From a virus, in IMG/VR virus record IMGVR_UViG_3300044714_000074, positions 9,016-73,015 of that record: DNA of 64,000 bases; one strand, written 5' to 3'. Below are positions 1 to 9,178 of the stretch, in pieces. The notes under the pieces are model-generated. The model was not told the DNA's origin. It did no database searches and saw only the letters and a list, made by a program, of their open reading frames with translations. Every line of letters starts with the position of its first letter. Positions within the stretch are counted from its first letter, which is position 1. Made by a program: the position numbers and the translations under genes.

Positions 1-8
1 CGCAACAG

Positions 9-539
9 ATGACCGCTCCGGTGCAACGAAAGCCCGTCCAGGCGAAACCCGGTGCCGCGAACGGCCACGGCATCGAGCGTCCGCTGCAGGTCATCATCGA
101 CGCGATTCGCTGGTGGAACGTCATGGGCATCCCGGCGCCTAGCCATCCGCAGGTCGGCTTCGTTGCCGGCTATTCGCACAAGTCCGGGACCTGGGCGACC
201 TATCTCAGCCGCCTCCGCTCCGCCGGCCTGATCGAAGGCCGCGGCGATCTCATGCTGACGGAGCAGGGCGCCGCCGCCGCCAACGAACCCGCCGCGCCGC
301 CGTCCGGCGAGCAGCTGCGCGCCACCGTCATCGGCAAGGTCGACGGATCGCTGGCGAAAATCCTGACGCCGATCCTCGACGCTTATCCCGGCGGCTTGAC
401 CCACGAGGCCGCCGGTGCGGCCGCCGGCTACAGTCCGGCGTCGGGGACGTGGGCAACCTACTTGAGCCGACTGCGGTCGCTCGAATTAATCGAGGGGCGC
501 GGCGAACTCAAAGCGCAGGACTGGCTATTTCCGTTTTAA
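9..539 (+). CDS. protein with tandem winged-helix-like repeat (probably the C-terminal part of a longer gene cut by the window edge)
   Basis: Two copies of GYSxxSGTWATYLSRLRSxxLIEGRGxL; frame is open to the window start. Confidence 0.65.
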   Translation: MTAPVQRKPVQAKPGAANGHGIERPLQVIIDAIRWWNVMGIPAPSHPQVGFVAGYSHKSGTWATYLSRLRSAGLIEGRGDLMLTEQGAAAANEPAAPPSGEQLRATVIGKVDGSLAKILTPILDAYPGGLTHEAAGAAAGYSPASGTWATYLSRLRSLELIEGRGELKAQDWLFPF

Positions 540-553
540 CAGGGAGAACGACG

Positions 554-916
554 ATGACGGAAGAACAACTGCTTGAGCGACTCCTCGTCGAGGCGACCTA
601 CAACGGCCGCATCATGAAGGAGCGGGACGACGCGCTCGCCACGATGGAGAACGCCGGGAAGGCGCTCGCCGCGACGCAAGAGAAGCTGAAGCACGAGACG
701 CACGATCTCAACAACGCGCGGCAGGCGCTCCGCATCTCCGACGAGGCGCGGCGGCGGGCCTATCACGCGCTGATCGAGCTTCTCGACGCGGCGACGAATT
801 ATCGAGCGGCCGTTAGCGGGAAGCGGAGCCGCGCGGAGCGCGTCAAGATCGCGCTGGTTCTCCACAACAAGATCGAGGCCGCGCAAGAGGTCTACAACGA
901 AGAAGTTCCTTTTTAG
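554..916 (+). CDS. hypothetical coiled-coil phage protein
   Basis: AGGGAG RBS at 541-546 before ATG 554; helical composition; ends EEVPF. Confidence 0.7.
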   Translation: MTEEQLLERLLVEATYNGRIMKERDDALATMENAGKALAATQEKLKHETHDLNNARQALRISDEARRRAYHALIELLDAATNYRAAVSGKRSRAERVKIALVLHNKIEAAQEVYNEEVPF

Positions 917-924
917 GTGCGCCG

Positions 925-1536
925 ATGGCGAGGTTATACCGGCCGCACGTCCCGCTGAGCGTCCGCTGTCAGGTGGCGGAGCGGCAAGCCATGGAGGCTC
1001 CGTCGCTCCGCACCGGATTTTACCTGACGGTCGACTGGTCGGGTCACCAAGCGAAACGGCTGGAATGCCTGCTCGGAATACTCGCGACGCGCTTCGGCTG
1101 CGAAGTCAAGGATCTTCGCCTCGACCACAACCCGGCGCTCGCGACCCGGATGAAGCGTAGCCACTTCAACGGCAAGAAGTGGATCGCGTTCTACTCGCCA
1201 GACGCCAACGATCCGAACTATCTGGTCTACCGCGAGAAGCACGATCACCACATCAAGACGAACGTGCGCGGTGACGGCGCTCAGCATCCGGACCGCGTCC
1301 TAATCAAGCGGGAGCGGAGGCGGCAGAGGGCCGAATCGATTCCTCCGAGGAAAGCAAGCGGATTCCAGAAAAGACGGTCCGGGTTCAAGCGCAACTTCAC
1401 TTTAGGCGTCAATAAATCGAAGCCGAAACTGAAGTCGAGGTCGTTCCAGCAGATGAGATGCGCGATCGGCGCGCGGTGCTTCTGCGACCGGCAAAGGCGC
1501 AAGCGCTGCGGCAACTACAGGCAGGTGGGAAAATGA
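925..1536 (+). CDS. HNH-endonuclease-like protein with basic C-terminal tail
   Basis: LDHNPAL...ANDPNYL...HDHHIKT pattern resembles phage HNH proteins. Confidence 0.55.
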   Translation: MARLYRPHVPLSVRCQVAERQAMEAPSLRTGFYLTVDWSGHQAKRLECLLGILATRFGCEVKDLRLDHNPALATRMKRSHFNGKKWIAFYSPDANDPNYLVYREKHDHHIKTNVRGDGAQHPDRVLIKRERRRQRAESIPPRKASGFQKRRSGFKRNFTLGVNKSKPKLKSRSFQQMRCAIGARCFCDRQRRKRCGNYRQVGK

Positions 1537-1751
1537 CGACGAAGGCCGAAGACGCCCTCCGCGCGCTCGCGCTCCGGACGCTGGAGTACGTCGGGATCGA
1601 GCCGGACCCCGTTCACGGCGACGTCCTCGACTCCGACGCCGAGATGCGATCGCTCGCGCTCGACGCGCTGAAGATGCTCGGCGTAGACGCCGCCCACGAG
1701 CTGCGGCGCTACCTGCGCCGGAAGAAGATCAGCACCAGGAGGAACGCATGA
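1533..1751 (+). CDS. hypothetical protein
   Basis: ATGA overlap with the upstream gene; GC3-rich codons. Confidence 0.6.
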   Translation: MTTKAEDALRALALRTLEYVGIEPDPVHGDVLDSDAEMRSLALDALKMLGVDAAHELRRYLRRKKISTRRNA

Positions 1752-1909
1752 GCCAGAAGATCGGGCCGCGCGAGCAGGCCCTCCGCGACGCGCGGGAGCG
1801 GGAAGCGAAGGCGGCGAAGCCGACCCGCGAGGCCCTGGCTGCGGCGCTCCCGGCGACGTCGGGCGTGAAGCCGAAGAAGCGAAAGAAGGTCCGCCGTGGC
1901 GCTCGATAA
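1748..1909 (+). CDS. small basic hypothetical protein (MSQKIGPREQALR...)
   Basis: ATGA overlap; read manually because it is below the ORF-track length cutoff. Confidence 0.5.
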   Translation: MSQKIGPREQALRDAREREAKAAKPTREALAAALPATSGVKPKKRKKVRRGAR

Positions 1910-2092
1910 ACAGCGGTACAAATTCCACGCGGCGTTCGGCTATCTTTTTCCGCCGACTTCGCCAACGATGGTGCAAAAATGCTGGATGGCGGTGAAGCGG
2001 TCTTTGCCATCTGAAGATTTGGACACGCTGATCTCGGCGATGCTCGAAGCCGGCGTAGAAAAGTCGAACAGCGAGAAGCGGAGGACGAAGCG

Positions 2093-2347
2093 ATGAGCGA
2101 CGACGACGAGTTCATCGTGGCGGACGCGATCCCTGGTGTCGTTCCGGCGACCGCGTGCCATATGCCGACTCCGGTCTCGCGCGATGAGGCGACGATCTAT
2201 CGGCACTTCCGCGATCTTATCATGCGTGCCCACTGCGCCGACAACCGGCCCTCCCATCGCTGCGCCGGTACGATCAGCATCGACCGTACTTCGATCACCT
2301 TGAACTGTCCGCGCTGCGGGGACGCCCGCAAGATCATCGAATCGTGA
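2093..2347 (+). CDS. small Cys/His-rich (zinc-ribbon-like) protein
   Basis: HC...HRC...CPRCG motifs; overlaps neighbouring genes. Confidence 0.55.
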   Translation: MSDDDEFIVADAIPGVVPATACHMPTPVSRDEATIYRHFRDLIMRAHCADNRPSHRCAGTISIDRTSITLNCPRCGDARKIIES

Positions 2348-2610
2348 AAACGCAAGCGACGGAGGAAATGATGAAGGCGACGATGGAAAGCACGGACAGG
2401 ATCGTCCCGGTGAGGACCGGCGACGGCCGAACGGTCCGGGTGCGCGTGTGGGAAGGCAAGACGGAGCGCGGCGTCCCCTTCGTGGCGTACATCGCGATGA
2501 TCCAATGCGCGGTCGAACACGATCAGGCCGAGCTCGAGCGCGATCTCGAAGAGCACAAGCCGCCGACGGCGGAAACGCTGCGCGCGATCGACGCGAGGTT
2601 CATTCTGTGA
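2344..2610 (+). CDS. hypothetical phage protein
   Basis: GTGA overlap; GC3-rich codons. Confidence 0.6.
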   Translation: MKTQATEEMMKATMESTDRIVPVRTGDGRTVRVRVWEGKTERGVPFVAYIAMIQCAVEHDQAELERDLEEHKPPTAETLRAIDARFIL

Positions 2611-2898
2611 CCCCGCGCACCGTCGACGAGATCGTCTCCGCCGTCGCGATCGCGGCCGGCATATCGTCATGGACGATCCGCGACCTGACCTGCCGGACCT
2701 CACCCGGTCGTCGTCGCGCGTCACGTCTGCTTCTACGTCGCCCGCAAGGAGACTAAACTATCGTTCATGAAGATCGCTCACGTCTTTGGATCGGACGATC
2801 ACACGCTGACGCTTCACGGATTCAACCGGGTGTCGGTCGCCAAGGCGAACCACGATCCGGAGACGATCCGGCTGCTGCGCAAGGTCGAAAGGGAATAG
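2607..2898 (+). pseudogene. DnaA domain IV (C-terminal HTH)-like protein interrupted by a +1 frameshift at about 2700
   Basis: First frame MTPRTVDEIVSAVAIAAGIS...DLTCRT continues in the +1 frame as HPVVVARHVCFYVARKETKLSFMKIAHVFGSDDHTLTLHGFNRV, matching the DnaA-IV pattern RxxAMYLAR...SLxxIGxxFGxRDHTTVLH. Confidence 0.7.
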
Positions 2899-2900
2899 CG

Positions 2901-3680
2901 ATGGGTGAGAACAGCAAAATCGAATGGACCGACCACACGTTCAATCCCTGGGTCGGATGCACGAAGGTCGGTCCGCCTTGCGACAACTGCTATGCCGAGG
3001 CGTGGGCCAACCGATGGGGTAAGGTTACGTGGGGTCCGCACGGCGAGCGCAGGCGCACCAGCGATGTAAACTGGAAAGCGCCTCATAGGTGGAACGCGGA
3101 CGCGAAGCGTCTCGGCCGCCGCGCTCGCGTGTTCTGCGCGTCCTTGGCGGACTGGCTCGACAACCAGGTCTCCGACAATTGGCGCGAAGATTTAGCCTGC
3201 CTGATCGAGGCGACGCCGCATCTCGATTGGCTGCTCCTCACGAAGCGGATTCAGAACTTCGGAAAGCACGCGCCGTGGCACGACGATGATATTCCGTCAA
3301 ACGTCTGGCTTGGGATCACATGCGGCGATCAAGGCGAGTTCGATCGAGATTGGTGGCGGCTTCGGGCGCTTGAAGCGCCCGTTCGGTTCATCAGTTACGA
3401 ACCAGCGCTCGGCCCGCTGCGCGTCGAACACATCGTCGTTGACATTGCTCCCGACTGGATCATCTGTGGCGGAGAGAGCGGCCCGCGGGCGCGCATGATG
3501 GACCCAAGATGGGCCGCCAATCTTCAGCGCGATTGCCGCGACCGGCCGAAGCCGATCGCCTTCTTCATGAAGCAGATGACGGGTAAGGCGCCGATCCCGC
3601 CCGACCTGATGGTCCGGCAATTTCCCGTTGCGGATCGTGCAGCATCATTAGAGGCTGTTCAATGCGGAGAAAAACGATGA
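2901..3680 (+). CDS. phage Gp37/Gp68 family (DUF5131) radical-SAM-like protein, copy 1
   Basis: SKIEWTDHTFNPWVGCxxVGPPCDNCYAE, RVFCASLADW, LLLTKR, WIICGGESG, FFMKQ. Confidence 0.9.
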   Translation: MGENSKIEWTDHTFNPWVGCTKVGPPCDNCYAEAWANRWGKVTWGPHGERRRTSDVNWKAPHRWNADAKRLGRRARVFCASLADWLDNQVSDNWREDLACLIEATPHLDWLLLTKRIQNFGKHAPWHDDDIPSNVWLGITCGDQGEFDRDWWRLRALEAPVRFISYEPALGPLRVEHIVVDIAPDWIICGGESGPRARMMDPRWAANLQRDCRDRPKPIAFFMKQMTGKAPIPPDLMVRQFPVADRAASLEAVQCGEKR

Positions 3681-4573
3681 AACCACTTTGCATCTACCAC
3701 GGCGGGTGCGACGACGGATTTGCGGCGGCGTGGTGCGTCCGCGCTGGTATGGGCGAGGAAGTCGAGTTTTATCCTGGCGTCTATCAGAAAGAGCCGCCGC
3801 CACATGAAGGCCGAGACGTGCTCTTTGTCGATTTCAGCTACAAGCGGCCCGTGCTTAACGCCATGGCCGAGCGCGCCAGTTCAATCCTGATCCTGGACCA
3901 CCACAAAACCGCCCAAGAGGATTTGGCGGACGTTGCCGAAGCGCCACGCCTAGTTGATTGGCGCAGCGCGGCCAAGATTGATGGAAGCGGCAATAAGATG
4001 TTCGCGCTGTTCGATATGGAGCGCAGCGGTGCGGCCCTCGCTTGGGACTATTTCATCGGCGACGGGAGTTCGGCAGGATGGTCGCCTGCCACGGCCAAAC
4101 ACTACCGGAAATTCATCGACTACATCCAGGACCGTGATCTATGGCGCAAGCAATTGCCATGCGGCGATGAATTTACGATTGCCTTGAGGTCATACCCGCA
4201 AGAGTTTTCCGTGTGGGACGGTCTTGTTGTGAAAGGGCCACAAGAACTGATTATGGAAGGCCGCTCTATCCAGCGTTACTATCGGCTTCGCGTTGATGAA
4301 TTGAAGCGCGCTGCATACTCGGCAGAGCTTGGCGGCGCCGGCTGCTGGATTGCTAACGCACCGTATTTTGCCGCGAGCGAAGTTGCTGGCGAACTCTCTG
4401 AGCATACCGGCTTCGGCGCCTGCTATTTCGAGGTTGAGGCCGGGCGCTTTCAATACTCGCTACGTTCACGCGGCGATTTCGACGTGAGCGCGATTGCGCG
4501 AAAGTTTGGCGGCGGCGGACACAAAAATGCTTCCGGCTTTTGGAGCCAAGGGACCGTACATATTCCGCATTGA
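3677..4573 (+). CDS. DHH/DHHA1-family phosphoesterase (NrnB/oligoribonuclease-like)
   Basis: YHxxCDDG, VDF, LDHHKT, DRDLW, YSLRS and GGGGHKNASGF motifs. Confidence 0.9.
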   Translation: MKPLCIYHGGCDDGFAAAWCVRAGMGEEVEFYPGVYQKEPPPHEGRDVLFVDFSYKRPVLNAMAERASSILILDHHKTAQEDLADVAEAPRLVDWRSAAKIDGSGNKMFALFDMERSGAALAWDYFIGDGSSAGWSPATAKHYRKFIDYIQDRDLWRKQLPCGDEFTIALRSYPQEFSVWDGLVVKGPQELIMEGRSIQRYYRLRVDELKRAAYSAELGGAGCWIANAPYFAASEVAGELSEHTGFGACYFEVEAGRFQYSLRSRGDFDVSAIARKFGGGGHKNASGFWSQGTVHIPH

Positions 4574-4671
4574 AAAGACCTTAACGGACGGCGCCCCTGA
4601 AACGGGGACGGGCGCCGACCTTTCGGCCGACGCCCGCAGGGCAAATGACACTCTGACGCAACAAGCCGCCG

Positions 4672-4700
4672 ATATAGGCGAGCGAGCGGATCGACACAAG
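4672..4700 (-). promoter_or_regulatory. candidate sigma70-type promoter firing leftwards
   Basis: Minus strand CTTGTG-N17-CTATAT, close to the rhizobial consensus CTTGAC-N17-CTATAT. Confidence 0.5.
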
Positions 4701-4704
4701 AACG

Positions 4705-4730
4705 AAAAAGGCCGCCCACGAGGAGCGGCC
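4705..4730 (-). terminator. rho-independent terminator ending the late operon
   Basis: Minus strand GGCCGC-loop-GCGGCC followed by TTTTT. Confidence 0.7.
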
Positions 4731-4885
4731 CAAGTTTGGGGGGATAGACCGTCCCCACAAAGGAGGACACTTGTCTCCTATATCATCAGGTGGTTGGTCC
4801 GCGCTAGCAGCCTTTGCAAATCGACGGCGACGGCGACCAGTCCGGAGGAATGGGCGGGACTTGGCTCGGCGCCATCCGGTCGCAA

Positions 4886-5350
4886 TCAATCATGTTGCTG
4901 CAACGACCCGAGATGAAAGGGGCGGCCTAAGCCGAGCCCCGTACCGCCTCCGATGAGGGCATCGCCGGCAATCAGGATCAGCGCGATCAAAGCCACGACT
5001 GTGATGATGAATCGAATCGCTTCAACGATCGGTGCGCCGATTCCCATGTTGGCGGCGAGCCAATTCAAGAACAGATCGACAAGGTAGAGGACGACGATCA
5101 GCACCAGAACGCCGACCGCAAAGATCACGATCGATTCCGGTGATGCCGCCAGGCCGGCGCCGCCGAAGCCAAGGACGCCGGCGACCGCGAGAACGAACGC
5201 GATGAGGATCAGGCAGCCGATCACGACCTTCGCTATCTTGGCGAGGAAGGGGTCCTTGGCGACCCTGTCGATCGTGAGGAAGAAGATGAAGCCGATCGCA
5301 AATAGCACGATGATGCTGATAAGGAAACCCAACAGCGATGATCCGTTCAT
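4886..5350 (-). CDS. 4-TM membrane protein with internal duplication
   Basis: Four hydrophobic helices arranged as two similar hairpins; GGAGG RBS. Confidence 0.75.
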   Translation of the reverse strand: MNGSSLLGFLISIIVLFAIGFIFFLTIDRVAKDPFLAKIAKVVIGCLILIAFVLAVAGVLGFGGAGLAASPESIVIFAVGVLVLIVVLYLVDLFLNWLAANMGIGAPIVEAIRFIITVVALIALILIAGDALIGGGTGLGLGRPFHLGSLQQHD

Positions 5351-5543
5351 GTCGCAATCCTCCGGCCCTGAGCAATTTTGACCAGACGATTAGGCTGGCG
5401 GGGCGCGACATGGAAACATGCCAGAGACGGAATCGTTCCAGACCTACGCCGACGAGGCCATGACCGCCGCGCGCGACGCGCGAAGCGACGAGGAACTGCT
5501 CCGCTTGCTCGAGCTGGCGGTCGTGTGGAGGCGGGCGGCGGCC

Positions 5544-5981
5544 TTAGAACGGACGATGACGGCGCGCGCCGAGAGGACCGGCACCGGCGAGCGGGGCATG
5601 ATCCACCATCTTGTCATGGATGAGCCGCCACGCGCCGCTCCAGGTATTGTCGGCCGAGATCGCCGGAGCCATCAGGTGACGGACCCCAGAGATCAGAGTG
5701 GCGACCAGGAAGGCGACGAAGAGGATCAGCACCGGTCCCGGCGGTGTCCAAGAGAACGAAACGATGTAGGCCGCGGCGTAGGCGGCCGAGATGCTCAACG
5801 CGCAGAGGAAGAGCCGCTGCGCCCCGCGCAGCAGCGCCAGCGGGCAACGAAAGCCGGCCCCGGTCGTCACCGCGAAGGCGAGAAAGAAGATGATCAACGC
5901 CGACGATGCCAAGGTCCAGACCGCGGCGCAGCGGATCGTCTCCTGGCTGAAATAGGGAGCCACGATGTCGAACATGCTCAT
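5544..5981 (-). CDS. membrane protein (3 TM), lysis region
   Basis: Hydrophobic segments; AGGAG RBS; ATGA overlap. Confidence 0.65.
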   Translation of the reverse strand: MSMFDIVAPYFSQETIRCAAVWTLASSALIIFFLAFAVTTGAGFRCPLALLRGAQRLFLCALSISAAYAAAYIVSFSWTPPGPVLILFVAFLVATLISGVRHLMAPAISADNTWSGAWRLIHDKMVDHAPLAGAGPLGARRHRPF

Positions 5982-6286
5982 TCTCCTGGTTCCACTTTGG
6001 CGGCCGACCATTTGAGCCGGCTCGCCGCCACCCGGATGCCGGTGATGATGGGAAGCCCCGCGGCACCGACCGCGAACGTTGCAAAGCCGCTCGGCTTGAA
6101 GCCGAGAAGCGGCGGCAGTACCGGGCCGCCGTAGGAACCGACACCGGTGCCGACGACGATGGAACTCACCACCCCGAGCACTGTCGGCCTCGATCCCTGG
6201 GTCGCGAAGGCGGCGCAGACGCCGCCGGTAAACGCCGCGAAGACGTCCGACGGGTTGACCCCGATGTGGAGGAGAAACGCTTCCAT
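5978..6286 (-). CDS. putative holin
   Basis: About 100 aa, 2-3 TM segments, basic C-terminus, located in the lysis region. Confidence 0.5.
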   Translation of the reverse strand: MEAFLLHIGVNPSDVFAAFTGGVCAAFATQGSRPTVLGVVSSIVVGTGVGSYGGPVLPPLLGFKPSGFATFAVGAAGLPIITGIRVAASRLKWSAAKVEPGE

Positions 6287-6361
6287 GGCTTCATCGTTCC
6301 TCTTTTGCGTTGATAGTTTCTACCCAACGAACGGCAACGCCCGTCTGTATAGTGTCATCTT

Positions 6362-6784
6362 TTAGGGCGGAAGCGGCGAATTTTTTCTAACACCGGAATT
6401 GTTGTTGTCGATGATGATCAGGGCCGCGGCGATCTGGCGATTGATGTCGGTGATCTGAGACTGAATCTGGTCGATCTCTTTGGCGACGGCCGAGTTCGTC
6501 GCGTCCGCAGTCTTCTGGTCGACCGGATCATGAGGAACTCTGGCTATCAGATTTTTGAGATCTTGCTCAAGGATCGTGACCCTTGCCTTGAGATCGTCGG
6601 TTTCATCCCGCGCCGCATAATCGTGCTGCTGGCGTATGAGATCGCCGCGAATTTCGTCGGTAATCTTGTTGACGTTGGTGAACTCGGTCTGGGTGACCAC
6701 CCATTGGGCGGACACCATGAGCCCGACGAGCGCCGCCGCCGCCGCGATGTTCTGCCAGGAAATATCCTGGTTACCCGCCGGCAC
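6362..6784 (-). CDS. single-TM plus coiled-coil protein (possible i-spanin-like or antiholin)
   Basis: N-terminal TM (IAAAAALVGLMVSAQWVV) then heptad repeats; GGAGGGAG before GTG 6784. Confidence 0.5.
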   Translation of the reverse strand: MPAGNQDISWQNIAAAAALVGLMVSAQWVVTQTEFTNVNKITDEIRGDLIRQQHDYAARDETDDLKARVTILEQDLKNLIARVPHDPVDQKTADATNSAVAKEIDQIQSQITDINRQIAAALIIIDNNNSGVRKNSPLPP

Positions 6785-7466
6785 CGCTCCCTCCGGAAGC
6801 GAGCGCATGTACCGCGGCCACATAGTTTTTCACGTTGTGGCAGGCGAACGCATCAATCATCGGCGTGCCGAACTGCGTCAGCGGAACCTGCTGGTAGGGA
6901 AAGTCCGGCAGCGTGAACGGAACCTGCGGCACCGGATCGTCGCCATACTTGTAGGCCGTCGTTGGGACCGACGTTGCGATCGCGACAAACTTGGCACCCC
7001 CTACCCGCGGCGGCGCGAACAGCGCGACCTTGGCGGGCGGTGTACCATCAAGCACGAACTCCGCGGCCAGCCGCTCGGCGATCGCCGCGCCGAGGCTGTG
7101 CCCCGTGACGGCGAACGGCCCCTTGGCGGCGATCGGGGCCAGCTTCGTCAGGACAATCATCGCTGATGCGTCGAATCCGGCGTGCACGAGCCCGAGCTGC
7201 GGGTGCTCGATCTTGGGATGGTTCCAGACACCGATGGTGCAGAATAGCTGCGCGACGGGGAGGCTTAGCGCGTTGACGGCGAAAAAATCGAGCATCCACC
7301 CAGGTAAGTTGTGAGTTCCCTCGATCGCGATGATGTTGAAGCCGTCGGGCCGCGTGGTCACGAAGGCGCGAACGGCGTTGTCGATGTACTCGACGTAGGG
7401 AACGGCGTCCGGCGCGTACGTCGCCGCGCAAAGATCGACCAATTCGCTGTCCGTGGGAAGCTGCAT
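6771..7466 (-). CDS. class 3 lipase / alpha-beta hydrolase
   Basis: IAIEGT, VHAGF, TGHSLGAA nucleophile elbow, FAPPRVG, DPVPQVP and a C-terminal His. Confidence 0.9.
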   Translation of the reverse strand: MQLPTDSELVDLCAATYAPDAVPYVEYIDNAVRAFVTTRPDGFNIIAIEGTHNLPGWMLDFFAVNALSLPVAQLFCTIGVWNHPKIEHPQLGLVHAGFDASAMIVLTKLAPIAAKGPFAVTGHSLGAAIAERLAAEFVLDGTPPAKVALFAPPRVGGAKFVAIATSVPTTAYKYGDDPVPQVPFTLPDFPYQQVPLTQFGTPMIDAFACHNVKNYVAAVHALASGGSGAGG

Positions 7467-7684
7467 CAACTTTCCCCCGCCTGGGTCAGCGCGTTGTGAG
7501 CATCGGCGACGACGCGGCGATGAACGGTCACCATGTCGAGGAAGAGCCCGGCGTCGAACTGCTTGATGGCCTCGTCGATCGGCTCGCCGCCGGTGACCTT
7601 CGCCCAAGCCGCCGCGTAGAGGCCCTTCACCGATTCGGCGAAACCGTCGTCGAGCGCCTTGAGCACATCGTCGTGCAGGCTCAT
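7466..7684 (-). CDS. hypothetical protein
   Basis: Translationally coupled ORF MSLHDDVLKALDDGF... Confidence 0.55.
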   Translation of the reverse strand: MSLHDDVLKALDDGFAESVKGLYAAAWAKVTGGEPIDEAIKQFDAGLFLDMVTVHRRVVADAHNALTQAGES

Positions 7685-7790
7685 TGCCGGAGTCCTATCG
7701 CCACGCCGATCGCGAATCCGACGAATAGCGCCATCGCGATCTGGAACGCGAGAGCGTTGACGAGTCTGCGCCACCAAGGAAAGCGTCGGC

Positions 7791-7964
7791 TCATGGGCGA
7801 TCCGCATCCCGCATGCAGGCGGCGTAGTAACCGGGCCCATCCCTTCGTGCCATGTCCTTGCAAATGGCCTTCCAGCAGGCGTGATCGCACTTGGCGACCG
7901 CTGCGCCGGGAATAGCACAGCCGGTCAGGGCGAGGAGGAACGCCAGCGCGACGATCCTGCGCAT
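7791..7964 (-). CDS. small lipoprotein (possible o-spanin-like), 57 aa
   Basis: Manual translation MRRIVALAFLLALTG|CAIPG... with an LTGC lipobox and four further Cys; ATGA overlap with the next ORF (7681-7794, single TM). Confidence 0.65.
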   Translation of the reverse strand: MRRIVALAFLLALTGCAIPGAAVAKCDHACWKAICKDMARRDGPGYYAACMRDADRP

Positions 7965-7967
7965 GGT

Positions 7968-8219
7968 CTACGCCTTGGGAGCGCTGCTCGGTGCTGGCGA
8001 CGCCACGACGGCGTCTTCGTGAACCTTCTTCATGTTGAAGTTGCGCACGAAGCTGTAGATCGCGGCTGCCGCACCAAGCGCGATCGGCGCCGCGCCGGTC
8101 ACCAAGTTGGCCCAGGTCGAGGCGTCAATGCCGTGAGCGCCGGCCCACGTCGAAGTGCCGGCGATGACAGCTAGCACGACGTAATTCTCGGCCTCGTTCT
8201 TGTTCGGGATCGGGTTCAT
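7968..8219 (-). CDS. putative holin (2 TM)
   Basis: GGAGGG RBS; two hydrophobic segments and a polar tail. Confidence 0.55.
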   Translation of the reverse strand: MNPIPNKNEAENYVVLAVIAGTSTWAGAHGIDASTWANLVTGAAPIALGAAAAIYSFVRNFNMKKVHEDAVVASPAPSSAPKA

Positions 8220-8243
8220 TTTGGAAGGTCCCCTCCAGTGAAG

Positions 8244-8276
8244 AAAAATCGGCGCGCCTTGCCGAGCGCGCCGATT
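8244..8276 (-). terminator. rho-independent terminator downstream of the OMP gene
   Basis: AATCGGCGCGC/GCGCGCCGATT inverted repeat with a T-run on the minus strand. Confidence 0.7.
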
Positions 8277-8305
8277 CAATACCACTGTGGCGTGCGCCGC
8301 ACCAG

Positions 8306-9103
8306 TTACTTGATGCCGAGGTCGTAGTGGATGCCGGCCATGTACCACGTCGTCATCTCGGCGCTTGCATGGACGCCGAGAGGGGTGCCTCCGGCGGTGG
8401 CGAAGAGGCCGTTCATGTCGACCCCTTTGTTCGCGAACAATATTTGAGCGTAGACGTTGAGCGAGCCGTTGTTCGGCAGGCCGTTGGTGCCGAGCGTCTG
8501 CCAGCGGTAGCCGGTCTTAGGACCAAAGGAGAAGTTGAACGTCTGGCCTTGCAACGAACCGAAGGTTCCGTTGATTTCGGTCCCCTGTCCGACAATGCCG
8601 AAGTACGGGCGTGGGGTGGCCGCGACGTTGACCGCAGCCGGCAGCAGGCTCGTCGGATTGAACGTCGGGAACGGATTGTTGAGGTTGCTGCCGATCGCCG
8701 CGAAGAATTGATTGACCACTTCCGCGCCGACGTCTAACTCCGCACTGACGGCCCATCGAGAATTGACCGAGCCAACGGTGTTGGCGCCGCCGATGTTCTG
8801 ATACTTGCCATCGACCTCGACTTGGCACCACGTTCCGCCGATGCAGGCGTTCCAGATGCGGCCGACATCGCCGACGACACTGCCGCCGCCAGCGGTGAGG
8901 TTGCCGCCGGTTAGGCTGAACGCAGTGCCAGAGACGTCGGAAGCGGCGATCGAGCCTTCCGTACCGGCGCCAATGTACCAGCCGGAACTCGCGGCGGTGG
9001 CGAAGGCTCCTGGTGGGGCCTTGGTCGGCATGTCGGCGGCGAAGGCGGAGGTCGCGAACGCCGCGGCCGCCGCAAGGATGATAGAGGTTTTCAAAAAACG
9101 CAT
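8306..9103 (-). CDS. outer-membrane beta-barrel protein (Omp25/RopB-like)
   Basis: Sec signal AFA|ADMPTKAPP typical of Rhizobiales OMPs; amphipathic beta strands; C-terminal AGIHYDLG. Confidence 0.8.
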   Translation of the reverse strand: MRFLKTSIILAAAAAFATSAFAADMPTKAPPGAFATAASSGWYIGAGTEGSIAASDVSGTAFSLTGGNLTAGGGSVVGDVGRIWNACIGGTWCQVEVDGKYQNIGGANTVGSVNSRWAVSAELDVGAEVVNQFFAAIGSNLNNPFPTFNPTSLLPAAVNVAATPRPYFGIVGQGTEINGTFGSLQGQTFNFSFGPKTGYRWQTLGTNGLPNNGSLNVYAQILFANKGVDMNGLFATAGGTPLGVHASAEMTTWYMAGIHYDLGIK

Positions 9104-9160
9104 GGCGATTCGCTCCTGAGTTGATTCGAGGAAAGCGAAGCCATCTTAAGCCGGCAAGGT

Positions 9161-9178
9161 GTGTTGTTACCGCAACAC
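9161..9178. promoter_or_regulatory. palindromic operator-like site upstream of the OMP gene
   Basis: GTGTTG-N6-CAACAC perfect inverted repeat in the intergenic gap. Confidence 0.45.

Noticed and set aside
4590-4616. Hammerhead-like CTGA/GAAAC sequence
   Set aside because: The CUGAnGA core and three-stem arrangement are not present
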